Notes: generated by a model not told the origin, from the sequence alone. Positions 40,409 to 51,750 are shown, numbered from the stretch's first letter. The stretch: 64,000 nt of DNA from an uncultured Actinomycetota bacterium (GCA_963848085.1 CAWKCE010000005.1:444407-508406); one strand, 5' to 3'. A program made the numbers and translations.

Positions 40409-41604
40409 GGCTGCCCAAGGCGGTGGAGCCCTCCCCCTTCGACATCGACGAGCTCATCGACGACGAGGCGACCCGCATCATCGTCTGCTGCGGCTCCGGA
40501 GGTGTCGGCAAGACCACGACCGCGGCGGCACTCGGGCTGCGGGCAGCCGAGCGTGGGCGCCGCGTGTGCGTCCTCACGATCGACCCTGCCCGGCGGCTGG
40601 CGCAGTCGATCGGCCTGGACGAGCTCGACAACACCCCTCGGGAGATCGGCCGGATCGACCCCGCGAAGGGTGGGGCACTGTTCGCGATGATGCTCGACAT
40701 GAAGCGCACGTTCGACGAGATCGTCGAGCAGCATGCCGACCCGGAGCGGGCGCAGCAGATCCTGGTGAATCCCTTCTACCAGACACTGTCCAGCAGCTTC
40801 GCCGGGACTCAGGAGTACATGGCGATGGAGAAGCTGGGCCAGCTCCACCGGGAGGCCGATGCTGAGGGCCGCTGGGACCTCGTGGTGGTCGACACTCCGC
40901 CGAGCCGGTCGGCACTGGACTTCCTGGACGCCCCACAGCGGCTTGGTTCCTTCCTCGACGGCCGGCTGATCCGCCTGCTGACGGCCCCGGCCCGGGCAGG
41001 TGGCCGTGCCTACATGAAGGTGATCGGACTGGGCTTCTCGCTCGTGGCCGGCGCCCTGACCAAGATCCTGGGCGGGCAGCTGCTCGGCGACCTCCAGACC
41101 CTGGTGGCCAGCCTGGACTCGGTGTTCGGCGGCTTCCGCGAGCGAGCAGAGGAGACCTACTCGTTGCTCCAGGCCGAGGGCACGGCCTTCGTCGTGGTCG
41201 CCGCCCCCGAAGCGGACGCCCTGCGGGAGGCCTCCTACTTCGTCGAGCGGCTCCAGCAGGACGTGATGCCGCTCGCCGGGCTGGTGGTCAACCGGGTGCA
41301 CGGCACGGAGGCGCCCGATCTCACCCCGGAACGTGCCGCCGGTGCGGCCGAGGACCTCGAGGAGCACGGGGAGCACGCCTTGACCGCCGCGTTGCTGCGG
41401 CTGCACGCCGACACCATGCGGGTCCGCGACCGGGAGCGACGCCTCATGTCACGGTTCACCGGCGCCCATCCGCAGGTGCGGGTAGCCGTCGCTCCGGCGC
41501 TGCCCGGTGACGTCCACGACCTGCCGGGGCTGCGCCTGGTCGGTGCCGCACTGGCAGGGCTACCCCCGAATGGCAGCGCCGGGAGGCCCACCAACCAGCG
41601 GTGA
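40405..41604 (+). CDS. ArsA/Get3-like ATPase (Rv3680-like)
   Basis: CCGSGGVGKTT, TIDPARRLA, GTQEYMAMEKL, DTPPSR. Confidence 0.92.
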   Translation: MRLPKAVEPSPFDIDELIDDEATRIIVCCGSGGVGKTTTAAALGLRAAERGRRVCVLTIDPARRLAQSIGLDELDNTPREIGRIDPAKGGALFAMMLDMKRTFDEIVEQHADPERAQQILVNPFYQTLSSSFAGTQEYMAMEKLGQLHREADAEGRWDLVVVDTPPSRSALDFLDAPQRLGSFLDGRLIRLLTAPARAGGRAYMKVIGLGFSLVAGALTKILGGQLLGDLQTLVASLDSVFGGFRERAEETYSLLQAEGTAFVVVAAPEADALREASYFVERLQQDVMPLAGLVVNRVHGTEAPDLTPERAAGAAEDLEEHGEHALTAALLRLHADTMRVRDRERRLMSRFTGAHPQVRVAVAPALPGDVHDLPGLRLVGAALAGLPPNGSAGRPTNQR

Positions 41605-41614
41605 CGGGCGTGGG

Positions 41615-41926
41615 TCAGACGACCGCGTGCTCGGACAGCACGACCTCGCCCCGCTCGAACTGCTCACGCGCCACCTGCAGCAGGAGCCGCCACGAGGTGA
41701 CCGAGGGCCGCTGCCGGAGCAGTGCGCGGCGCTCACGCTCGGTCATGCCACCCCAGACCCCGAACTCGATCCGGTTGTCGAGCGCGTCGGCCAGGCACTC
41801 GGTGCGCACCGGGCACCCCAGGCACAGCGCCTTCGCGCGGTTCTGGGCAGCCCCTTGCACGAACAGCGCGTCCGGGTCGGTCGCTCGGCACGCCGCCTGC
41901 GCCGACCAGTCATCGATCCACGTCAT
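41615..41926 (-). CDS. whiB4: WhiB family regulator (WhiB4/WblA)
   Basis: AAC...DALFVQGAAQNRAK, CLGCPVRTEC, GVWGGMTERERR; divergent from ponA. Confidence 0.93.
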   Translation of the reverse strand: MTWIDDWSAQAACRATDPDALFVQGAAQNRAKALCLGCPVRTECLADALDNRIEFGVWGGMTERERRALLRQRPSVTSWRLLLQVAREQFERGEVVLSEHAVV

Positions 41927-42217
41927 CGAACTCCCCCTTGCGCCTGCCCCAGCCCTGCCCCGCGCAGCCACGCTCCGTAACTGACATCGGGAAACCGGTC
42001 CCAGGTGTTACGCCCCGCCGTCACACCGTGTAGTCACGAACGGTAGGGCGAGTCGACACCTCGACAGAAGCCCCGTTCGGGGGAACCCGACGTGGTCCGG
42101 TCGGACTATGGACACCCCGGTCGTCGTGGGCATCCGCGGGTGATCTGACGTGGATGTCCTGAATGTGGCATCAGCCGGGTGTCCACCGGGCCGCCGAGCG
42201 TCCCTTACCCTCGTGGG

Positions 42218-44653
42218 ATGTCCTCCCGCGCGGTCGGCGTCGGCGCGCGCCTCAGCCTGTTCCTGGGTCTCAGCATGCTGGCCGGCGTCCTGGTCGCCGC
42301 GCTCGTGATGCCGGCCGTCGGGCTGGTGGGGCTGACCGCGCAGCGCGGGGCCCAGACGTTCGAGGCCCTGCCGGCGGCGCTGCAGACGCCCACGCTCAAG
42401 CAGCGCACACGCATCGAGGCGGCCGACGGCACCGTCATCGCCCGGTTCTACAGCGAGAACCGTGTCTACGTGGGCATCAAGAAGATCGCCCCGGTCATGC
42501 AGGACGCCATCGTGGCCATCGAGGACTCCCGCTTCTTCGAGCACAACGGGTTCGACCTGCGGGGAACTATGCGAGCGCTGGTTGCCAACAGCCAGGCCGG
42601 CTCCGTGACGCAGGGCGGGTCGACCCTCACCCAGCAGTACGTGAAGAACGTGCTCCAGGCGACTGCCAAGACCAAGGACGAGCGCAGCGCGGCGGCCGAG
42701 GACACCGTGGCCCGCAAGCTCCAGGAGGCGCGCTATGCGTTGGCGCTGGAGCAGCGCTGGACCAAGGAACAGATCCTCGAGGGGTACCTCAACATCGCCT
42801 ACTTCGGTGCCGGCACCTACGGCGTCGAAGCCGCCGCCCAGCGGTACTTCAGCAAGACGGCCAAGAAGCTGTCCCTGGGCGAGGCGGCAACGCTCGCCGG
42901 CATCGTCAAGTACCCGACGCTGTACGACCCTCTGCAGAATCCGGCCGAGAGCCGCGCCCGACGTGACCTGGTGCTGGGTCGCATGGTCGACCTCGGGATG
43001 GCCACCGACGCTGACGCCCGCGCCGCGGAAGCGGTTCCGATGCGCAAGAGCCTGGACCCGACAGCGGTGCCCAACCGGTGTGCGACGTCCGTGGCGCCCT
43101 TCTTCTGCGACTACGTGTACGCGACATTCCTCGACGACCCGGCCTACGGCAAGACACGTGCCGACCGCCGGCAGCTGTTCAACGGCGGGGGCTTGACCAT
43201 CCGCACCACACTGGACATGACCGCGCAGCGGGCCGCGCAGAAGGCGGTGAGCAGCTTCATCCCGCCCAAGGACCCCAGTGAGCGCATGGCGGCCATCGCG
43301 ATGGTCGAGCCCGGAACCGGGAACATCCTCGCGATGGCCCAGAACCGACGGTACGGCGAAGGCCCGGGCCGCACTTACGTCAACAACGTCGTCGACGCCA
43401 AGTACAACGGCACCACCGGGCAGCAGGCGGGATCCACGTTCAAGATCTTCACGCTCGCGGCTGCCATCGAGAAGGGGATCCCCATCGGGACCCCGATCCT
43501 GTCGCCGGTCTCCACCGTCATCCCGGGAGGCAGCTTCACCAACTGCGAGGGCGCTCCGCTGGGCGACCCCTGGCCCGTCCGGAACTCGACAACCTCCTAC
43601 GACGCCACTTTCGACATGCGCAGTGGCGCGGCGCTGTCGGTGAACACCTTCTTCGCGGAGCTGGAGCGGCGGGTGGGGCTGTGCGACACCATCGACGCCG
43701 CCTCGCGTGCTGGAATCCACGACGCACTCGGCCGCGACCCGGTCCGGCGGGCGGCGCTCCAGGTCGCCCCGTTCACGCTCGGCGTGACCGAGGTGTCGCC
43801 CCTGACCGTCGCGAACGCGTACGCCACCTTCGCTGCGCGGGGCCGCCACTGCGAACCGCGCGCGATCAAGGCGGTCCGATCGGCGACCGAAGACAAGCTC
43901 GAGGTCGCGCCCCCGCTGTGCGACCAGGCTTTCGAGCCGGCCGTGGCCGACGCGGTGAACGAGATCCTGTCCGAGGTGATCGACGGACCGAACCCCAACC
44001 GGACCGGTGCGGCAATGTCCCTGGGTCGGCCCGCCGGGGGCAAGACCGGAACGACGTCCTTCAACACCGCGGTCTGGTTCGCCGGCTACACACCCGACCT
44101 GGCAGCGGCGGTGTGGGCCGGACACCCGGACGCGCCCGCCGACTACCCCATGGAAGACGTCACGATCAACGGGCTCTACTACCCCACGGTGTACGGCAGC
44201 CTGCTGCCCGGTCCCATCTGGAAGCAGGCGATGCTCGGCGCGCTGGCCGGAACCAAAGCAAGCAGCTTCGTCGCCATCGACCCCTCCCAGCTGGCCGGCG
44301 AGCAGGGCATCGTGCCGGCAGTCTCTGGACTCACCCCGGCCGAGGCAGTGAAGAAGCTGTCCCGGGCTGGCTTCGTCCCCGTCGTGGCCTCCGAAGCCGT
44401 CGACTCGTCACAGGCGAAGGGTTTCGTCGCCTACACCGATCCGGTCGGCGGATCGCGCGGGATCACCGGGACGACCGTGACGATCTACGTGAGCACCGGA
44501 ACGCCACCACCCCCGGACCCGGAGCCGACCAAGACCACCAAACCCACCAAACCCCAGCCCACACCGAGCCCGACCAGCTCGGACGGAGGAAACCCCGGGC
44601 AGGGTGGGGGAAACCCCGGGCAGGGTGGGGGAAACCCCGGAGGTGGCGGATGA
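42218..44653 (+). CDS. ponA: Class A penicillin-binding protein (transglycosylase/transpeptidase, PASTA; PonA2-like)
   Basis: AIEDSRFFEHNG, QGGSTLTQQYVKN, RKLQE, GSTFK, SVN, KTGT. Confidence 0.94.
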   Translation: MSSRAVGVGARLSLFLGLSMLAGVLVAALVMPAVGLVGLTAQRGAQTFEALPAALQTPTLKQRTRIEAADGTVIARFYSENRVYVGIKKIAPVMQDAIVAIEDSRFFEHNGFDLRGTMRALVANSQAGSVTQGGSTLTQQYVKNVLQATAKTKDERSAAAEDTVARKLQEARYALALEQRWTKEQILEGYLNIAYFGAGTYGVEAAAQRYFSKTAKKLSLGEAATLAGIVKYPTLYDPLQNPAESRARRDLVLGRMVDLGMATDADARAAEAVPMRKSLDPTAVPNRCATSVAPFFCDYVYATFLDDPAYGKTRADRRQLFNGGGLTIRTTLDMTAQRAAQKAVSSFIPPKDPSERMAAIAMVEPGTGNILAMAQNRRYGEGPGRTYVNNVVDAKYNGTTGQQAGSTFKIFTLAAAIEKGIPIGTPILSPVSTVIPGGSFTNCEGAPLGDPWPVRNSTTSYDATFDMRSGAALSVNTFFAELERRVGLCDTIDAASRAGIHDALGRDPVRRAALQVAPFTLGVTEVSPLTVANAYATFAARGRHCEPRAIKAVRSATEDKLEVAPPLCDQAFEPAVADAVNEILSEVIDGPNPNRTGAAMSLGRPAGGKTGTTSFNTAVWFAGYTPDLAAAVWAGHPDAPADYPMEDVTINGLYYPTVYGSLLPGPIWKQAMLGALAGTKASSFVAIDPSQLAGEQGIVPAVSGLTPAEAVKKLSRAGFVPVVASEAVDSSQAKGFVAYTDPVGGSRGITGTTVTIYVSTGTPPPPDPEPTKTTKPTKPQPTPSPTSSDGGNPGQGGGNPGQGGGNPGGGG
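44588..44640 (+). repeat. 21-bp coding tandem repeat (GNPGQGG) x2.5
   Basis: ggaaaccccgggcagggtggg repeated in the PonA tail. Confidence 0.9.
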
Positions 44654-44694
44654 CTCGCGCCGCTCGCCGCGGCCGACGAGACTCTGGGTACGCG

Positions 44695-45150
44695 TCAGCC
44701 CGCTGACAGCTGCCGCTTGACCTCACCGGCAACGCGCGACCCGTCGGCTCGCCCCGCGACGCGCGGCTGGACCAGCTTCATGACCTGCCCCATCTGCCGG
44801 GGTTCGGCAGCACCGGACTCCTGAACCGCAGCCCGGACCAGCTCGACCAGCTCGTCGTCGGTCAGCTGGGAGGGCAAGTACGACTGCAGAACCTCCGCCT
44901 CGGCGAGCTCTCGGTCCGCGCGGTCAGGGCGTCCGGCGTCGGCAAACGCCTGCGCCGCCTCGCGGCGCTTCTTGATCTCTCGCCCGACCACCGTGACCAC
45001 ATCAGCATCGGAAAGGACGCGGGCTTGCTTGCCCGACACCTCTTCGTTGGTGACCGCGGTCAGGGCCATGCGAAGTGACGCCAGACGCAGCTCATCACGA
45101 GCTTTCATCGCATCCGTGAGGTCAGCGTGCATCTGGTCCTTGAGGGTCAT
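44695..45150 (-). CDS. GatB/YqeY domain protein
   Basis: DLTDAMKARDE, EIKKRREAA, YLPSQL, MGQVMK, GRADG. Confidence 0.93.
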   Translation of the reverse strand: MTLKDQMHADLTDAMKARDELRLASLRMALTAVTNEEVSGKQARVLSDADVVTVVGREIKKRREAAQAFADAGRPDRADRELAEAEVLQSYLPSQLTDDELVELVRAAVQESGAAEPRQMGQVMKLVQPRVAGRADGSRVAGEVKRQLSAG

Positions 45151-45182
45151 GGCGCCAGTCTCGCACCTGCCACACTGGTGAG

Positions 45183-46070
45183 GTGACCACGTTTCCACGC
45201 GCCGTGCTCGGCGTCGCGGCCTTCGGGGCCGCCGGCCTCGGCTACTCGCTCTGGGAGGCCAAGCAGTTCCGGCTGCGGCGGGTCGACCTCCGCGTCCTGC
45301 CACCGGGCGAACGTCCGCTTCGCGTCCTTCACCTGTCCGATCTCCACCTGACGCCAGGTCAGCGCGACAAGCAGGAGTGGGTGCAGCGGCTCGCCACCCT
45401 CCGGCCCGACCTGGTCGTCGACACCGGCGACAACCTGGCCCACCCGGACGCCGTCGAACCGGCACTTGAGGCGCTGGGGCCGCTGCTGGAGGTACCCGGC
45501 GTCTTCGTCATGGGGTCCAACGACTACTACGCGCCCCGCTTGAAGAGCCCGATGCACTACTTCAACCCCGAGAGCGACCGCCGGATCCACGGCCCGGAGC
45601 TGCCGTGGCGCGACCTGCGGGACGGCTTCGTCAGCGCCGGCTGGACTGACCTGGACAACGCCCGGGCGACGGTCAAAGTTGACGACCGCACATTCGACTT
45701 CGTCGGCGTCGACGACGCACACCTTGGTCTGGACAACTACGACGAGGTCTCCGGACCGGCCGACCCCTCTGCCAGCCTTGCGATCGGCGTCACGCACGCC
45801 CCCTACCTGCGCGTTCTCGACCGCATGGCCGACGACGCCTTCCCGCTGGTGTTCGCGGGGCACACGCACGGCGGGCAGCTCTGTCTGCCGGGCATCGGCG
45901 CACTGGTCACCAACTGCGACCTGCCGCGCAGCCAGGCCAAGGGTCTCCACCGACGCGGCGAGCAGTGGCTGCACGTGTCGGCCGGACTGGGCACGTCGCC
46001 GTTCACTCCGGTGCGTTTCGCGTGCCCCCCAGAGGCAAGCCTGGTCACCCTGCTGCCCAGGCACACCTGA
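45183..46070 (+). CDS. Metallophosphoesterase (Rv3683-like)
   Basis: HLSDLH, TGDN, GSNDY, AGHTHGGQ, SAGLG. Confidence 0.93.
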   Translation: MTTFPRAVLGVAAFGAAGLGYSLWEAKQFRLRRVDLRVLPPGERPLRVLHLSDLHLTPGQRDKQEWVQRLATLRPDLVVDTGDNLAHPDAVEPALEALGPLLEVPGVFVMGSNDYYAPRLKSPMHYFNPESDRRIHGPELPWRDLRDGFVSAGWTDLDNARATVKVDDRTFDFVGVDDAHLGLDNYDEVSGPADPSASLAIGVTHAPYLRVLDRMADDAFPLVFAGHTHGGQLCLPGIGALVTNCDLPRSQAKGLHRRGEQWLHVSAGLGTSPFTPVRFACPPEASLVTLLPRHT

Positions 46071-46149
46071 CGGCCGCGACCGGATTCGGCACGCCCAGGG
46101 GGGTGCCGTTAGACTCGCCCGGCCGCCTGCCCCGTTGACCAGGTGGCAT

Positions 46150-46223
<74 letters not shown>

Positions 46224-46342
46224 CGCAGTGGAGCATGGGTCCGCAACGGACCGGCCCGGTCGTCCGCCGAGGTGGGCGGCCGGGGACTCTCCCCACCGAG
46301 GTGACTGTGCCGCGCAGAGGAATCCGAGCCACCGTCAAGCGC

Positions 46343-47101
46343 ATGCCCGTGGTCGGTCCCGCGGCGCGGCGGGCAGCTGTCGCCCGCTCGTCGTCCGAGG
46401 AGGGCGTCGATGAGCCGGACGAGGCAACCGAGGCTCTGAGCCCGTCGGACCCCGGCGAGGTCGACACCTACGGCTACGTCTTCGTGGTGACCCATGGACG
46501 TTCCGGCTCCACCCTCCTGAACGGCATCTTGAACTCCATCCCCGGCTACCTGATCCGCGGCGAGAACCAGGGCTACCTGCATGACCTGTTCCGGGCGCAC
46601 CGGGGCGCCGTGGCTCGTCGTCGGGCCCTCCGCAAGGACGGCCCGACGACCCCGCAGCACCCGTGGTACGGGATCGAGGACTACCCCCCTCGGCTGGCCG
46701 TGGCGCACCTTCGGGCGCTGGTGCTCGACACCGTGCTCCGCCCCGAGCCGGACTCCCGGGTGCTGGGCTTCAAGGAGATCCGGTACGGGCAGGCCGACGT
46801 CGTGGAGTACCTCGGCTTCATCCGCACCTTGTTCCCCGCCGCGCGATTCGTCTTCAACAGTCGCGACCCAGCGGGCGTGCTCAAGAGTGACTGGTGGGCA
46901 GACCGCGACCCGGACGACCTGACGACGATCCGCGAACGGCTCGCGGCCGCCGAGGAGGCCCACCGCGACGTCTCGTTCCACGTGCACTATGACGACTACC
47001 GGGATTCGCCGGAACAGCTCGAAGATCTGTTCGGATTCCTCGACGAGCCCTTCGACGTCGAGGCGGTGCGCTCCGTCATGGCGCTCCCGCACTCCTACTG
47101 A
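46343..47101 (+). CDS. Sulfotransferase family protein (start uncertain)
   Basis: YVFVVTHGRSGSTLL PAPS loop, GFKEIRY, FNSRDP, VHYDDY. Confidence 0.8.
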   Translation: MPVVGPAARRAAVARSSSEEGVDEPDEATEALSPSDPGEVDTYGYVFVVTHGRSGSTLLNGILNSIPGYLIRGENQGYLHDLFRAHRGAVARRRALRKDGPTTPQHPWYGIEDYPPRLAVAHLRALVLDTVLRPEPDSRVLGFKEIRYGQADVVEYLGFIRTLFPAARFVFNSRDPAGVLKSDWWADRDPDDLTTIRERLAAAEEAHRDVSFHVHYDDYRDSPEQLEDLFGFLDEPFDVEAVRSVMALPHSY

Positions 47102-47123
47102 CCTCCCGAGACACCGCCTCGGC

Positions 47124-48173
47124 TCACCCTCCGGCAGCGACGACCTCGGCGATCTGAGCAGTGTTCAGCGCCGCGCCCTTTCGCAGGTTGTCGCCGGACA
47201 CGAACAGGTCCAGCACGGTGGGGTCATCCAGCGAGCGTCGCACCCGACCCACCCAGGTCGGGTCGGTCCCCACGACGTCGTTCGGGGTGGGGAACTCCCC
47301 CGCCGCCGGGTCGTCGACCAGGACCACGCCAGGCGACGACGCGAGGAGCATGCGGGCCTCTCCGGCGTCCACCTCCCGCGAGAACCGGGCATGGACCGCC
47401 AACGAGTGGGTGGTGACGACCGGAACCCGTACGCAGGTCGCCGACACCGGCAGGTGGGGCAGCCCCAGGATCTTGCGCGACTCGTTGCGGACCTTCATCT
47501 CCTCGCTGGACCATCCGTCGTCCTTCAGCGAGCCAGCCCAGGGGATGACGTTCAACGCCAACGGAGCGGGGAAGGGACCGAGGTCGCCGACGATGGCACG
47601 CAGGTCGCCAGTGCGGGTACCAACCCCCTCGCCGGAGGCCGCCACCTTCTGGGTCTGCGCCTGAAGCGTGTCGATCCCGGCCTGTCCCGCTCCCGAAGCC
47701 GCCTGGTACGAGGCGACGACCAGCTCCTGGACCCCATACCTGCGGTGCAGCGCGCCCACCGCGACGATCATCGACAGTGTCGTGCAGTTGGGGTTGCTGA
47801 TGATGCCCTTCGGGCGCTCGCGGGCCGCGTCTGCGTTGACCTCGGGCACCACGAGCGGGACATCGGGGTCCATCCGGAAGGCGCCCGAGTTGTCGACGAC
47901 CACCGCTCCGCGGGCAGCAGCGACCGGGGCCCACTCAGCGGAGACCTCGTCGGGTACGTCGAACATCGCCACCGCGACCCCGTCGAAGACCTCCGGGGTG
48001 AGCGCCTGCACCTCGACCTCGCGGCCGCGGACAGTCAGCCGTCGGCCTGCCGACCGGGCGGAGGCGACCAGGCGGATCTCGCCCCACACGTCCTCGCGGG
48101 TGGACAGGATGTCGAGCATCACGGTGCCGACGGCACCGGTCGCTCCGACCACGGCCAGTGTCGGACGCGTCAT
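47124..48173 (-). CDS. asd: Aspartate-semialdehyde dehydrogenase
   Basis: [40 protein letters not shown]. Confidence 0.97.
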   Translation of the reverse strand: MTRPTLAVVGATGAVGTVMLDILSTREDVWGEIRLVASARSAGRRLTVRGREVEVQALTPEVFDGVAVAMFDVPDEVSAEWAPVAAARGAVVVDNSGAFRMDPDVPLVVPEVNADAARERPKGIISNPNCTTLSMIVAVGALHRRYGVQELVVASYQAASGAGQAGIDTLQAQTQKVAASGEGVGTRTGDLRAIVGDLGPFPAPLALNVIPWAGSLKDDGWSSEEMKVRNESRKILGLPHLPVSATCVRVPVVTTHSLAVHARFSREVDAGEARMLLASSPGVVLVDDPAAGEFPTPNDVVGTDPTWVGRVRRSLDDPTVLDLFVSGDNLRKGAALNTAQIAEVVAAGG

Positions 48174-49456
48174 CGGCCGGTCCCCCCGTAGACCACTGCC
48201 TCCGGGTTGCTGGCATCCAACCCGAACGCGGCGTGCACCGCTGTGATGGCCGCGTCGAGGTCATCCGCACGCGTCACGACCGAGATCCGGATCTCCGACG
48301 TCGAAATCATCTCCACGTTCACGCCGGCATCCGCCAACGCGCGGAAGAACGACGCGGACACCCCAGGGTGGGTACGCATGCCGGCGCCGACGAGCGAGAC
48401 CTTGCCGATGGCGTCGTCGTACTGCAGCGACTCGAACCCGATGGAGCTCTGACATGCCGTCAGGGCCGCCATGGCGCGGTGGCCGTCCGACTTCAACAGC
48501 GTGAACGAGATATCGGTGAGTCCGGTCGCGGCGGCAGACACGTTCTGCACGATCATGTCGATGTTGACCGAGGCGTCGGCGATGGTCTCGAAGATCGCCG
48601 CGGCCTCACCTGGCTTGTCCGGAACTCCGACCACGGTGACCTTGGCCTCGCTCCGGTCGTGCGCGACCCCAGCGATGATCGGCTGCTCCACGGTGGCTCC
48701 TTCGCTGTCGTCGATCGCGGCGGTGTCGCCCACGACCCAAGTACCGTCACGCTGACTGAACGACGAGCGGACGTGGACCGGCACGTTGAAGCGTCGCGCA
48801 TACTCCACGCAACGTAGGTGAAGCACCTTCGCGCCGCTGGCCGCCAGTTCGAGCATCTCCTCGTAGGTGACCTTCGACAACCGCCGGGCGCTCGGCATGA
48901 CCCGCGGATCCGCGCTGAACACGCCGTCCACATCGGTGTAGATCTCGCAGACTTCGGCACCCAGGGAGGCCGCCAGGGCGACGGCGGTGGTGTCCGAGCC
49001 ACCCCGGCCCAAGGTGGTGACGTCCTTGGTGTCCTGCGAGACCCCTTGGAAGCCGGCGACGATTGCCACTGCCCCCTCCGAGAGGGCGCCCTGGATCCGG
49101 CCCGGGGTCACGTCGATGATGCGCGCCCTGCCGTGCACGGCGTCGGTGATCACGCCGGCTTGGCTGCCGGTGAACGACCGAGCTTCGAAGCCGAGGTCGT
49201 GGATGGCCATGGCAAGCAGAGACATCGCGATCCGCTCGCCTGCCGTCAGCAACATGTCCAGCTCGCGACCGGGGGGCTGCGGCGACACCTGCTGCGCAAG
49301 ATCCAGCAGCTCGTCGGTGGTGTCACCCATGGCGGACACGACGACACAGACGTCGTTTCCCGAGCGACGGGACTCGACGATTCGTTGCGCGACCAACTTG
49401 ATGCGGGCGGCGTCCGCCACGCTGGACCCGCCGTACTTCTGGACGACGAGGCCCAC
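48170..49456 (-). CDS. ask: Aspartate kinase
   Basis: [32 protein letters not shown] domains, ISTSEIRIS. Confidence 0.97.
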   Translation of the reverse strand: MGLVVQKYGGSSVADAARIKLVAQRIVESRRSGNDVCVVVSAMGDTTDELLDLAQQVSPQPPGRELDMLLTAGERIAMSLLAMAIHDLGFEARSFTGSQAGVITDAVHGRARIIDVTPGRIQGALSEGAVAIVAGFQGVSQDTKDVTTLGRGGSDTTAVALAASLGAEVCEIYTDVDGVFSADPRVMPSARRLSKVTYEEMLELAASGAKVLHLRCVEYARRFNVPVHVRSSFSQRDGTWVVGDTAAIDDSEGATVEQPIIAGVAHDRSEAKVTVVGVPDKPGEAAAIFETIADASVNIDMIVQNVSAAATGLTDISFTLLKSDGHRAMAALTACQSSIGFESLQYDDAIGKVSLVGAGMRTHPGVSASFFRALADAGVNVEMISTSEIRISVVTRADDLDAAITAVHAAFGLDASNPEAVVYGGTGR

Positions 49457-49583
49457 GATGTCTTCCCTCTCCGGCGACGCTCCGAGAGCCGGAGTCTACC
49501 GGGCGCCTGACCGCGGGGAGCTCCCCGCGCGACGGCGACGTGGGGTGTCCGCCGCCCCACACCGAAGACCGTACGCTGAGGAG

Positions 49584-50318
49584 GTGACCCTTGCCGCCTG
49601 CCTGAGGCCCGACCGGCTCGCCGCAGCAGCGGTGGTCCTGGGCCTGTTGGCGCTCACCGCCTGCAGTGGGGACCCGACACCGAGCACCGCCGTGTCACCG
49701 ACGCCTTCCATAACGTCGTCCGCGTCCCCCGTCGAGCGACTGAGCGCGCGGGATCAGGCAGCGCTGCTGCTGCGGAAGCCGCCCCGACCCCTCGACGCGA
49801 CCTACCGTCTGGACAGCCGGGGAAACCGTCCCGACGCGACGGTGCGGGTGCGTCTCGACCGGCGCTCGTACCGGGTGGACGTCGCCCGCCGTGGCCGGAT
49901 GGCATCGCTGTTCACCGCCCCGGTGGGTCTCGTGTCCTGCCAGATCGCCCCCCGCGCCAAGTCCTGCTTCCTGGTGGCCAAGCGTGACGAGCGGCCACCG
50001 CGGCTGTTCAACCCAGGCGTGCAGCGGATCTTCCTGGCCACCGTCGCGGCGATCGAGAACCCGCGGAAGGGGGTGCGGATCCGCCACGCGGGCGAGTGGA
50101 AGGCACCCCGGCCCTACGGCACTGCCCCCTGCTTCCAGGTCCGCGGCAAGCTCGCCGATCCCGGCACGTACTGCTTCCTCGACGAGGGTCGTTGGGCCGG
50201 GGCCCTGGCCCGAGCCGAGTTCGCCAGCGGCAGCCTGAGCCTGAGGTCGATCGATGGTCGATTCGACAACCAGACGGCCTTCCGGCCACCGGTGCGGGCA
50301 ACCCCACTTCCCAGCTGA
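49584..50318 (+). CDS. Hypothetical lipoprotein
   Basis: Lipobox LTAC, P/S/T linker, four further Cys; TACGCT -10 just upstream. Confidence 0.6.
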   Translation: MTLAACLRPDRLAAAAVVLGLLALTACSGDPTPSTAVSPTPSITSSASPVERLSARDQAALLLRKPPRPLDATYRLDSRGNRPDATVRVRLDRRSYRVDVARRGRMASLFTAPVGLVSCQIAPRAKSCFLVAKRDERPPRLFNPGVQRIFLATVAAIENPRKGVRIRHAGEWKAPRPYGTAPCFQVRGKLADPGTYCFLDEGRWAGALARAEFASGSLSLRSIDGRFDNQTAFRPPVRATPLPS

Positions 50319-50353
50319 CTCTCTCTCCCCGTCGGCGGCGGAGGGCGGTCGGG

Positions 50354-50893
50354 TCAGGAGACCGGCTCCTCCACGTCCAGCCGGGTGTGGGCGATCGCCG
50401 AGTGAAGCGCCCGCAGCGCCGAGCTTGCGGTGGAGCCCCAGTTCGCCAGATAGGAGTACTGCCACCACCACAAGGCCTCGGTCTGCCGACCGGCCCGGAA
50501 GTGCGCGAGACCGTGGTAGAGGTCAGCCGCGACGTCTGCGAGGTCGTCGGACAGACGGGAGACCTCGATCTCAGCCAAGCGGTCGTAGGGGTCGAACACC
50601 TCGACATACTCGTCGATACCGGCGAGGAGCTCGGCCAGCCGAGCACGCAGCTCGTCGGCATCCGGATCGATTCCGACGTCCGGCTCGAAGCGCTCGACCG
50701 GCACGACGTCGACGATCGCCCCGAGGCGGCCTCCCGCCAGCATGAGCTGGGAGACCTCGAGCAGCAGGATCGACAGCGTGCTCTCCGGCTGGTCACCCCG
50801 CGCCACGGCGCCGAGCGCGATCAGGAAGCTCTCGATCTGCTCCGCGACTTGACCGGTGAACTCGTCAAGCCCCTCGAGCTCAGTGTCAGACAT
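50354..50893 (-). CDS. DUF5063 protein
   Basis: [37 protein letters not shown]; downstream of recR. Confidence 0.88.
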   Translation of the reverse strand: MSDTELEGLDEFTGQVAEQIESFLIALGAVARGDQPESTLSILLLEVSQLMLAGGRLGAIVDVVPVERFEPDVGIDPDADELRARLAELLAGIDEYVEVFDPYDRLAEIEVSRLSDDLADVAADLYHGLAHFRAGRQTEALWWWQYSYLANWGSTASSALRALHSAIAHTRLDVEEPVS

Positions 50894-51485
50894 CCAATGC
50901 CCTCCTACCCTCGAATGCCCGTCCCAGCGTGACCTCGTCCGCGTACTCCAGATCACCACCTACCGGCAGTCCACTCGCCAACCGGGTCACTTTCAAGCCC
51001 ATCGGCTTCACCAGGCGCGCCAAGTACGTTGCCGTCGCCTCGCCTTCGAGGTTGGGGTCGGTGGCGAGGATGAGCTCGCTGACCTGACCGTCGGCCAGTC
51101 GCTGCATGAGCTCCTTGACCCGGAGGTCGTCCGGGCCAATGCCCTCGATCGGGCTGATGGCGCCACCGAGCACGTGGTAGCGACCGCGGAACTCGCGCGT
51201 GCGCTCGACCGCCACGACGTCCTTGGGCTCCTCGACCACGCAGAGGATGGCCAGGTCTCGCCGGGTGTCCTGGCAGATGCGGCACTCCTCGGCCTCAGCG
51301 ACGTTGCCGCAGATCCGGCAGAACCGGACCTTCTCCTTGACCTCGACGAGCACGTCAGCCAGCCGGCGGACGTCGACCGGGTCGGCCGCCAGGATGTGGA
51401 AGGCAATCCGCTGGGCGCTCTTGGGGCCGATTCCGGGGAGCCGACCGAACTCGTCGATGAGGTCCTGGACGATTCCCTCGTACAT
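50886..51485 (-). CDS. recR: Recombination mediator RecR
   Basis: [12 protein letters not shown]4 zinc finger, [23 protein letters not shown]. Confidence 0.98.
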   Translation of the reverse strand: MYEGIVQDLIDEFGRLPGIGPKSAQRIAFHILAADPVDVRRLADVLVEVKEKVRFCRICGNVAEAEECRICQDTRRDLAILCVVEEPKDVVAVERTREFRGRYHVLGGAISPIEGIGPDDLRVKELMQRLADGQVSELILATDPNLEGEATATYLARLVKPMGLKVTRLASGLPVGGDLEYADEVTLGRAFEGRRALDV

Positions 51486-51489
51486 GGCC

Positions 51490-51750
51490 CTACATCCCCG
51501 GCAGGCCGAGGCCGCCGAGTGCCTCGCCCGCCTTGTCGGCAGCGTCCCGGTAGGCGGCCACCACGAGCGCAGCGAGCGTCTCGGTGTCGTCCGGGTCGGC
51601 CGCCTCGGGCTTGATGCGCACGTCGAGCAGCTGCAGCGAGCCAGTGACCGTCACCTCGACCAGTCCACCGCCCGCGGAACCGTCGAAACGTTGGTCCATC
51701 ATCTGCTGTGCTTGGGCCAGCAGCCCCGACAGGTCAGGCATCTCCGTCAC
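51490..51750 (-). CDS. YbaB/EbfC nucleoid-associated protein (compact)
   Basis: [30 protein letters not shown]; lies between dnaX and recR. Confidence 0.88.
   Translation of the reverse strand: MTEMPDLSGLLAQAQQMMDQRFDGSAGGGLVEVTVTGSLQLLDVRIKPEAADPDDTETLAALVVAAYRDAADKAGEALGGLGLPGM

Noticed and set aside
39386-41604. ArsA pair as an arsenic resistance operon
   Set aside because: No arsB, arsC or arsR; matches the conserved Get3-like pair beside whiB4.
42008-44125. Long antisense ORFs (also 18579-20663, 57938-59755, 12578-14185)
   Set aside because: Shadow ORFs of real genes in high-GC DNA, with no recognisable motifs.
44588-44640. 21-bp repeat as a phase-variation site
   Set aside because: In-frame, low-complexity C-terminal tail typical of actinobacterial PBPs.
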